Of a stretch of DNA of 32,000 bases, positions 9,471 through 16,660 are shown one piece after another. Location: contig CAYRPF010000003.1 in the NCBI GenBank assembly GCA_964426185.1, forward strand, positions 14,243 through 46,242, written 5' to 3'. Positions within the stretch are counted from its first letter, which is position 1. Each line of letters begins with the position of its first letter. A program made the position numbers and the translations under genes. This stretch comes from an uncultured archaeon. GTDB lineage: Archaea > Asgardarchaeota > Lokiarchaeia > Sigyniarchaeales > Promethearchaeaceae. The notes under the pieces are model-generated. The model was not told the DNA's origin. It made no database searches and was given only the letters and a program-made list of their open reading frames with translations.

Positions 9471-9761
9471 TTATACTTCTAATTCATTTGACAGCTGCAT
9501 AAACCACGCAAAGCGCTGTTTTCCTTTTGGGGTTATTCTTATACGCATTCTAATGCGTTCTTTACCCCATTTTTCTTCTTTTACTGAAATATAACCTGCG
9601 GAAACCAATTGCTCGATATATTTTTCACCTATGGTTGTTTTGATCCTTACATTTTTGTAGATTTGAGTTTTAACCATGCCGTCTGGTTCAGACTTCAGTA
9701 ATTCTTCCAAAATGGACTGAATCAACATTACAGCGGATCGATATTTACGGGTGGAGGGCAT
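9471..9761 (-). CDS. Small archaeal winged-helix transcriptional regulator
   Basis: RS...IQSILEEL....DGMVKTQIY..V.......KYIEQLVSAGYI...ITPKG pattern of small archaeal wHTH proteins. Confidence 0.85.
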   Translation of the reverse strand: MPSTRKYRSAVMLIQSILEELLKSEPDGMVKTQIYKNVRIKTTIGEKYIEQLVSAGYISVKEEKWGKERIRMRIRITPKGKQRFAWFMQLSNELEV

Positions 9762-9863
9762 GGAACATCATTCTACTTATGTAATGGTTTTTTAAATATT
9801 TTAACTCTGAGGAACCTTTGGTGCTATGAATTAATATCATATCTTTTTATTTATTCTTTTATC

Positions 9864-10403
9864 CTAGGTAATGGCTCTTAACAGATCCCACAGTTGATTT
9901 ACCCATGGAATTTTCTTTTTCTCAAAAAATTCGATTAATCTGCGATAATTTGCAAGAATTTCTTCCTTGGAGGCGTTAAAATGGGTAAAAATTTCATCTC
10001 CCAACTGTTGCCACCAAGATACAATATCTTGGAGATTATGATATTTATCCGCAGCTGATACCCTAATGGCGTTTATTGATGCTTTTGTGGTTAAATGCTT
10101 AAAATATCGATCTTTCCGTTCCTTCCAAGGTAATTTTTTATCGGTTTGGCTCACATCCATAACAATCTGAGTAATTTCTTCGCCGAATTTTTTCCGTAAT
10201 TGATCAAATGTAACAGGTGTATCTTCTGCTACATCATGTAAAATGGCGGCAATAATCAAAGATTTATCAGAGTAATAATCGGCCAACAAACCCGCAACTG
10301 CGAGTGGATGAACAATAAATGGATCACCATCGAGTTTTCGGTCCTGACCTCGGTGAGCTTTATTGGCAAATTCGATAGCAGAATATATTGATAATGAGTG
10401 CAC
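9864..10403 (-). CDS. Stand-alone RelA/SpoT-type HD hydrolase (Mesh1/SAH-like)
   Basis: AHRGQDRK..GDPFIVHP, AAILHDVAEDT, FGEEIT.IV, ADKYHNL. No synthetase domain. Confidence 0.88.
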   Translation of the reverse strand: MHSLSIYSAIEFANKAHRGQDRKLDGDPFIVHPLAVAGLLADYYSDKSLIIAAILHDVAEDTPVTFDQLRKKFGEEITQIVMDVSQTDKKLPWKERKDRYFKHLTTKASINAIRVSAADKYHNLQDIVSWWQQLGDEIFTHFNASKEEILANYRRLIEFFEKKKIPWVNQLWDLLRAIT

Positions 10404-10595
10404 ATTTTTTACTATGATTGAATAGAAATATTAATTTCTATTTTGAACCTTTTAAATTCTGTTAGAGTACCTTTGGTATGCAACAACTTAAAAACAAAGA
10501 CTAAGATGAAAATTATAGAACGAAAACTTCGTTTGTATTTTATTGTAAATTTCACGTATTACTAATATTAGAAAAATCAATGGTGAAATAAAAGA

Positions 10596-12221
10596 ATGAA
10601 AAAAAAAACTATTCTAACTTCCGGAGCACTTTTAATGTTGCTTTTGTTCTCTGGGGCATCTTCTGTCTTGGCTGTTGGAAATTATTCCGTTTCGGAAAGA
10701 ATTGGCCACAATTTTACCGAAGAAAGCTGGGCAATTCGATATGATGTGCTCAGTCAAAAATTAGTTGAAGATCTCACACCAGGAAATTATTCTGGAGACT
10801 TGAATGAAGAAATTCCCGACCAAGCCCCGAATAGGGATGCAATTTTCTATATCGCTTATATGAATTTAGGCCAAGTACAAACGATCTATATGGCCTTTGA
10901 CAGTTTCTCCAACGACAATCGAAACATGACTTACTATGGAGTATCCCCATATCAAATTATTCAACAACACTACCGTACCGGCGCGGGAAAACACGTAATC
11001 GTACAGAATGCATTTACCGGACTGGTGGCATATAAAGAAAACGGAACATTGAACGGAGTTCCTGATAGAAATGAGAGCCTTTATTTTGGAGATTCGTTTA
11101 ATAACCAGCTTTACAAATTCTACTTAAATCGATTGTTGGTATGGACTTTAGGTTATTTTCCATTTGATATGGAAAAAACTCCCAGTGCTACCCCCAAAGT
11201 CTTGACTCGCACTGAAACGACTGATGGTTTCGAATATAAATTCGGAATGGATTATAGTGATTTATTTATTGTATGGTACCCTGTAGATCTACCAGACGAT
11301 ATTAATGAACTTCAAACCGGTGATTCGATTCTTGGACGAGTGGTTGCATTCTCAGAACTTTCTTATCTAAACTTCACTTATACATTATCCGGAGCTCTTG
11401 TTGAAGATAAACCTGTTAACGTCACACTTACCACCGAGTATGATATTGGCCCGATTACGGATTTATGGATTGTGAATGATCCACAAGATAAGACTGAAGC
11501 GTTTGGTGGGGATTATTATAATCCTTTATTCACCGATAAAGATATTTCTCACTATAATACCAGTGAAAGTATAACAGAACGACTTTCTGGAACAGAAGAT
11601 ATCCCCGGATTTAGCTTAGCAGTGTCTAACTATGCTCGAATAATAAATATTGAAGCCACAGTTGAAGATGCATACAACACTGAAGTAATTGACAATAACG
11701 GAACCGTGGTTGATGGAGAACAAGCAAATGAAAATGTGACTGCATTGGAACTAAGAACTGCCAATCAACCTGCATATAAGATTGATTTTGCCAGCAAACC
11801 CGATTATACATTAAATGATGAAAATATTTATGATGCGCCTGTTAAGCTCTTTCCTTTTGCACGTATTAGAAATCCCATTTTTAACAAATTAGATGCATTT
11901 GCATTTATTTATTTGAATGGAATGACTCGTTCCATGATTGAGGCCCGAATTCAAATGGCAAAAGAGAAATTCTCCCTAGATGACAAACAGCTTACAGTGG
12001 ATGTTTCAAGAAGAAATGTATTCTATACGATATGTTTCCCCGAATGGGGCGGCCAATCGATCTACCAAGATCCCACCTTTACAGCTTATGCTGATCCAGG
12101 TGATTTAGGTGTAGTGGGTGGAGTACTAAGTCAAATCGATGGATATGGGCTCAGCGTTATAGGTTTAGCTGGTTTAGGTGCAACGGCGTTAATATGTAAA
12201 TCATTGAAACGCAAAAAATAA
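10596..12221 (+). CDS. Secreted, C-terminally anchored cell-surface glycoprotein
   Basis: Signal peptide MKKKT...VLA, many N-x-S/T sequons, PEWGGQSIYQDP near the end, then IDGY + TM helix + KRKK (Loki-CTERM/PGF-CTERM-like). Confidence 0.85.
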   Translation: MKKKTILTSGALLMLLLFSGASSVLAVGNYSVSERIGHNFTEESWAIRYDVLSQKLVEDLTPGNYSGDLNEEIPDQAPNRDAIFYIAYMNLGQVQTIYMAFDSFSNDNRNMTYYGVSPYQIIQQHYRTGAGKHVIVQNAFTGLVAYKENGTLNGVPDRNESLYFGDSFNNQLYKFYLNRLLVWTLGYFPFDMEKTPSATPKVLTRTETTDGFEYKFGMDYSDLFIVWYPVDLPDDINELQTGDSILGRVVAFSELSYLNFTYTLSGALVEDKPVNVTLTTEYDIGPITDLWIVNDPQDKTEAFGGDYYNPLFTDKDISHYNTSESITERLSGTEDIPGFSLAVSNYARIINIEATVEDAYNTEVIDNNGTVVDGEQANENVTALELRTANQPAYKIDFASKPDYTLNDENIYDAPVKLFPFARIRNPIFNKLDAFAFIYLNGMTRSMIEARIQMAKEKFSLDDKQLTVDVSRRNVFYTICFPEWGGQSIYQDPTFTAYADPGDLGVVGGVLSQIDGYGLSVIGLAGLGATALICKSLKRKK

Positions 12222-12275
12222 CTGATTTTTTTTTCTTTTTGATATTAAATAACTGATTTTTTTTCTTTTTGATAT
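12216..12275 (+). repeat. Tandem duplication of the stop codon and T-tract terminator
   Basis: AAATAACTGA-T9-C-T5-GATAT at 12216 and AAATAACTGA-T8-C-T5-GATAT at 12247. Confidence 0.9.
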
Positions 12276-12290
12276 AATATTTTGTCTTTG

Positions 12291-12310
12291 CTCGTAAAAA
12301 TTTTTATGAG
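12291..12310. promoter_or_regulatory. 20-bp near-perfect palindrome upstream of the GTPase promoter
   Basis: CTCGTAAAAATTTTTATGAG has one mismatched pair. TATA-like ATTATAA at about 12324. Confidence 0.4.
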
Positions 12311-12383
12311 AAATTGCCAAATAATTATAAGTATGCAAATCACATAAATAAATAAGGGGAAACAATCTTCTATGGGGGATTAG

Positions 12384-13298
12384 ATGGCGGATTCAAATTT
12401 AAAAATTGCATTAATCGGGTTAGACAATGCAGGAAAAACTTCAATTATACGTACACTTAACCGAACTTTTAATATTAAAGGAAAAATCACGCCAACTAAA
12501 AGTGTTGAACGGACTACTTTCACCCTTTTCTCTCATAAAGGTAGCATTTGGGATTATGGCGGCCAACAAAGTTATAGAAGTGATTATCTTGAAAACCCTG
12601 ATCGATATTTAACCGATATTCAATATATTTTTTTTGTTGTTGATGTACAAGATGGAATTCGATTTCCCCATGCTACTGATTATTTTAAACAAGTATATGA
12701 AATTATTCATGGTCAAAACCCTTCAGTAATTGTGACTGTCTTATTTCATAAAATGGATCCAGAGATATCCGATAGTATAGAGTTAAATAAAAGTATAGAT
12801 CGAATTTCATTAGAATTTCAGCATATCGTTGAGAATAATGAAATTGGTTTTTATAGAACATCCATTTATGATCCTATATCTCTACTTAATTCCGTCTCAC
12901 TTCCAATTCTTGGCAATCAACCGATCTACAATATGATTTCAATGTTATTGGCTGAATTTGCGATGAGTCATTCCATTGAATATATCGCCGTTTTAGTGAA
13001 TGAACTATTTGAATTGGGGTCATTTCGATTGAAATCTTCAAAAGAAAATTTCTTACAAGCATCTCGTGATTTTTATTATCAAGTTACCGCTTCAAAGAAT
13101 ATATTACAATCCGGTGAATATGATGTTAAGGGATATAAATTTGTGATTGTAAATAGAAATGTGTTAGATTATAACTATTGCTTAAACTATGCTCATCCAA
13201 TTGGTCAATTAGAGAATTTACCTTCTAAAGAAGAACTCCGAGGGCTTTTTCAAGTTATTAATGAAAAAATAGAAGAATTTCATCCGAGCTTATTTTAA
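12384..13298 (+). CDS. Arf/Rag-like small GTPase with a C-terminal roadblock/longin-like domain
   Basis: G1 GLDNAGKTS, G2 TPT, G3 WDYGGQ, G4 HKMD, G5 TSIYD, plus about 125 extra alpha/beta residues. Confidence 0.88.
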   Translation: MADSNLKIALIGLDNAGKTSIIRTLNRTFNIKGKITPTKSVERTTFTLFSHKGSIWDYGGQQSYRSDYLENPDRYLTDIQYIFFVVDVQDGIRFPHATDYFKQVYEIIHGQNPSVIVTVLFHKMDPEISDSIELNKSIDRISLEFQHIVENNEIGFYRTSIYDPISLLNSVSLPILGNQPIYNMISMLLAEFAMSHSIEYIAVLVNELFELGSFRLKSSKENFLQASRDFYYQVTASKNILQSGEYDVKGYKFVIVNRNVLDYNYCLNYAHPIGQLENLPSKEELRGLFQVINEKIEEFHPSLF

Positions 13299-13330
13299 TG
13301 AAAAAATAGAAGAATTTCATCTGATTTTAT
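13258..13330 (+). repeat. 37-bp-period tandem duplication of the GTPase 3' end
   Basis: TTAATGAAAAAATAGAAGAATTTCATC exact at 13258 and 13295, with a degenerate continuation. Confidence 0.9.
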
Positions 13331-13427
13331 TCTTTTTCTACTTATCAAATTTAAATTTTTTCAGCAAATGTGCAAAAATTTTTCTTTTACGCTACTTTGA
13401 ATAGAATTAATAAGCTAAATCAACAAT

Positions 13428-13517
13428 GGTCTCTCACGGGCAGAGTGGTCTTTGCCGCCGGGCTTCAAACCCGGATTCCCTTAACCAGGGTGGGAGTTCG
13501 ATTCTCCTGAGAGACCG
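13428..13517 (+). tRNA. selC: tRNA-Sec (anticodon UCA)
   Basis: 9-bp acceptor stem GGTCTCTCA/TGAGAGACC. 7-bp D-stem GGCAGAG/CTTTGCC with a 4-nt loop. Anticodon arm CCGGG-CTTCAAA-CCCGG (TCA at 13465-13467). Long variable arm CCCT/AGGG. 4-bp T-stem GGAG-TTCGATT-CTCC. G discriminator. CCA not encoded. Confidence 0.96.
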
Positions 13518-13617
13518 CTTCACATAATAATATTCGTTATTGGCACGTTGTCTCTTATCTATACTGCTTCACATAATAATATTCGTTATTGGCACGTTGT
13601 CTCTTATCTATACTGCT
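13517..13617. repeat. Perfect 49-bp tandem duplication of the ABCE1 3' end abutting tRNA-Sec
   Basis: GCTTCACATAATAATATTCGTTATTGGCACGTTGTCTCTTATCTATACT at 13517 and 13566, with GCT at each junction. Confidence 0.95.
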
Positions 13618-15486
13618 ATTTTTCTTATTTATTCTTGCTCGACCAGTATCTTCATCCCTTCGAAAAGTAATATCCAAAATTTTAAGAAAAGCATTCATAC
13701 CTTCACGTTTATTTAAAGGACCAACTGTTTTTCCATGGATTCCAGGAATACCGGTAAATAAAATCAATCTGTCAGATAATGCATCTACAATCGCTAAATC
13801 ATGTTCAATAACCACCGTAGTGGCACTCATTCTTTTAGTTATGGCACGAATTACCCCAGAAATATGAAGTCGTTCTTCTACATCTAAATAAGCGGATGGT
13901 TCATCCAAAATGTATAGTTCTGCGCGTTTTGCCAGACAAGTAGCAATAAAAACACGTTGTAACTGTCCCCCAGACAAATCACGAACGTTTGAATTTAGGA
14001 GTTTATCCACCCCTAAAGGAGAATATAGCAATTGTTTCATAGAATCCGAGAAATCATAATTTTGAGCATTATTCATGATAAAATCTTGTACACTGCCATT
14101 AAAATCCCTTGTAATATATTGTGGTTTGTACGATACATAACGATCCACCGATTTAAAATCACTATTTGAATCGGGGGGGAGTTTTCCTGCGAGAATTTTT
14201 GCGAAAGTTGATTTTCCGGTTCCATTTTCACCCACAATACCTAAGATTTCACCTTCGTAAATTGTACCAGGGCTTACTTCAAGTTTAAATTTATCAAATG
14301 TTTTATAGATGCTCCCATAAGTAGCAAAAATTCGAGCATTTTCCCAAGATCGATTGCCTACACTTCGGCGAAAAGTGATTTTCGATTTTCTAAATTGAAT
14401 ATTTTCCGTTTTAAGAAATCCTGTAAGATACGCATTAATTCCAGCTTTAGTAGATTGGACATTAGTGATGACCCCAAATTGGTGTGGTTTCCCGTAAAAG
14501 AGATGAATTACATCAGAAAGATAGTCCAATATGGCTAAATCATGCTCAACCACTAAGACAGGGTAGTTTATATTGGAGTTGAAACCATTGGCCCTGGCTT
14601 GGAGTAATTCCGCCAATTTTATTCGTTTTTTAACATCTAAGAAAGTACAAGGTTCATCGATGAGATAACAGTCTGCATCTTGAATTAACACGGATGCAAT
14701 GGCAAATCTTTGGAGTTCACCTCCAGAACACTGAGAAAGTTCTCTCTCTGCAATAGTTTCGATGTCTAAATGTTCCCAAATTTTCTGAAAGAATGGATCA
14801 TCAATATTTTTCTGAGATTTAAGGATTTGTGATACAGTTTGACCTGAAAATTTTTCAAAATAAATACGTAACACTTGCTGTTTATATGCAATTCTGCGAT
14901 TATCATGATAAATATCATAAAAATGTGCCCGCATCTCGGAATCCCGCACTTTGTTCAAGAATTTTTTCCAATATTCTTTGGATGAGAATGGAAGATTTAA
15001 TGATAGTTCACCAAAATTGGGTTGGAGATCGCCACTTAAAATGTTCAAAACAGTAGATTTGCCTATTCCGTTAGGTCCACATAAGCCAGTTACTCTTCCT
15101 GGAATTAAAGTTGGTAATCCGAACAATCGAAAGCCGTGAGTTTCCATTTGTTGATGTTTCATATTCTGAAGAACTTGAGTGTTAATGGGAGGATATTCAT
15201 GAGTAATTAATTCGCTCTCTGGTTCGTCTAACAAAAATATTGAATATATGGCATGACGGGGGCAGACATTTAAGCATACACCACAACTGATGCAAAATTC
15301 AGAGAGAATGATCATTTTGTCTGCGGATTTTTTAAAGCGAATGGGTACTTCAGCCTTTTTCTGATGAGGTTTTTTGCGTGCGTTACTAAGGGTAATGGGG
15401 CACTGTTTCACGCATGGTCTTCCACAACTTTGAGGGGAACATAGATCATAATCTATCAAAAAAACCTTTTTCATGAATATTTTCAA
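13555..15486 (-). CDS. rli: Ribosome recycling ATPase ABCE1/RLI (start probably ATG 15474)
   Basis: N-terminal FeS domain CSPQSCGRPCVKQCP...CISCGVCLNVCP. Two NBDs (GPNGIGKS, GENGTGKS; SGGE, LSGGQ; VEHDL, IEHDL). C-terminal ITFRRD..TGR.RINK...EYYY. Confidence 0.95.
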   Translation of the reverse strand: MKIFMKKVFLIDYDLCSPQSCGRPCVKQCPITLSNARKKPHQKKAEVPIRFKKSADKMIILSEFCISCGVCLNVCPRHAIYSIFLLDEPESELITHEYPPINTQVLQNMKHQQMETHGFRLFGLPTLIPGRVTGLCGPNGIGKSTVLNILSGDLQPNFGELSLNLPFSSKEYWKKFLNKVRDSEMRAHFYDIYHDNRRIAYKQQVLRIYFEKFSGQTVSQILKSQKNIDDPFFQKIWEHLDIETIAERELSQCSGGELQRFAIASVLIQDADCYLIDEPCTFLDVKKRIKLAELLQARANGFNSNINYPVLVVEHDLAILDYLSDVIHLFYGKPHQFGVITNVQSTKAGINAYLTGFLKTENIQFRKSKITFRRSVGNRSWENARIFATYGSIYKTFDKFKLEVSPGTIYEGEILGIVGENGTGKSTFAKILAGKLPPDSNSDFKSVDRYVSYKPQYITRDFNGSVQDFIMNNAQNYDFSDSMKQLLYSPLGVDKLLNSNVRDLSGGQLQRVFIATCLAKRAELYILDEPSAYLDVEERLHISGVIRAITKRMSATTVVIEHDLAIVDALSDRLILFTGIPGIHGKTVGPLNKREGMNAFLKILDITFRRDEDTGRARINKKNSSIDKRQRANNEYYYVKQYR

Positions 15487-15594
15487 TAATATTTCATATT
15501 AAATGAAGTTATACCCACTATTTTTATCTCATTAAATGGAACAACCCAAATGATTTTAGGGGTGTGGGATTAATTCCTATCAGAAGGAAGGGAA

Positions 15595-16623
15595 ATGGAT
15601 ACACACAAAAAAGAATATGATGTAGTTGGCTTGGGTTCATGTACTATGGATCTAATTTTTGCAGTTGATGACATTATGCGTATGGAACTTATCGATCGAG
15701 ACAATGTGGAGAAAAAATACGTTGCTATCGAAAATTCCAGTAAATTAAATGTAAGTTCTGTAAAATCTTTTCCCGGTGGTTCGGCTGCCAACATTGCATG
15801 TGATTTAGCAAATATCGGGATGAAAACTGCCTATATAGGTGGAATTGGAAACGATCCTGCAGGAATTGCATGTATGAATGATCTACATCATCACCATGTA
15901 GATACTTCTGGTGTGAAAGCATTTGAAGAAGATTCAACAGCACATTCGATAATTATCATTAATTCCAATTATAAAGATCGTTCAATTTTAGCATACAAAG
16001 GGGCAAATGATTTATTTTCTCCAAAACACATTCCAGAATCAATGTTGATCAATACCCGCTGTTTTGTTTGGACCAGCCTTACTTCTCCCAATGGGATTGA
16101 AGCAATTCGAAAATGCATTCGACTCACTAGAAATTCAGGTGGATTTATTGCAGCAGCTCCTTCCATTTCAATTATCAAAAAAAATCGTTCTGCCGCTCTA
16201 GAACTGCTGAAGATGTCAGATATTGTGAGTTTAAATGATGAAGAAATTGAAGCTTTGACTGAGATTAAAGGACATTTACATGAAGCAATGGCTCAACTTT
16301 TTAAATGGGGATTGAAATGGGTTAATCTTACTATGGGAAAAGACGGGCAATGGTTGAGTGATGGTAAGACTTTGGTAAAAACTCACCCTCCAACTATTCA
16401 CGTGATGGATACCACAGGTGCCGGTGATGCAACGATGGGGGGAATAATTTACGGTTATCTTAACAAAAAAAGCCTGCAAGAGACATCTATTATCGCCAGT
16501 TCATTAAGTGCCATGGAGATTGAAACGCCAGGAGTTCGTGTCGGACTTCCAGAAAAATTCTCCGAACTGCAGAAATTTATTGATGAACATGAATTTCAGC
16601 AAGAAACGAGTAATTTTCTATAA
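15595..16623 (+). CDS. PfkB/ribokinase family carbohydrate or nucleoside kinase
   Basis: PGGSAANIA, GIGND..G, LNDEE, TMGKDG, DTTGAGDA. Confidence 0.93.
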   Translation: MDTHKKEYDVVGLGSCTMDLIFAVDDIMRMELIDRDNVEKKYVAIENSSKLNVSSVKSFPGGSAANIACDLANIGMKTAYIGGIGNDPAGIACMNDLHHHHVDTSGVKAFEEDSTAHSIIIINSNYKDRSILAYKGANDLFSPKHIPESMLINTRCFVWTSLTSPNGIEAIRKCIRLTRNSGGFIAAAPSISIIKKNRSAALELLKMSDIVSLNDEEIEALTEIKGHLHEAMAQLFKWGLKWVNLTMGKDGQWLSDGKTLVKTHPPTIHVMDTTGAGDATMGGIIYGYLNKKSLQETSIIASSLSAMEIETPGVRVGLPEKFSELQKFIDEHEFQQETSNFL

Positions 16624-16660
16624 TAATAACTATTTTTTTCCATGATAAACAATAGAAAAT

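Noticed and set aside
13517-13617. att site or integrated element at tRNA-Sec
   Set aside because: The repeat copies rli sequence rather than the tRNA 3' half, the copies are adjacent, and no integrase or foreign cargo is present.
12216-13617. CRISPR array
   Set aside because: The repeats are unrelated to each other, occur in two copies only and have no spacers. No cas genes are present.
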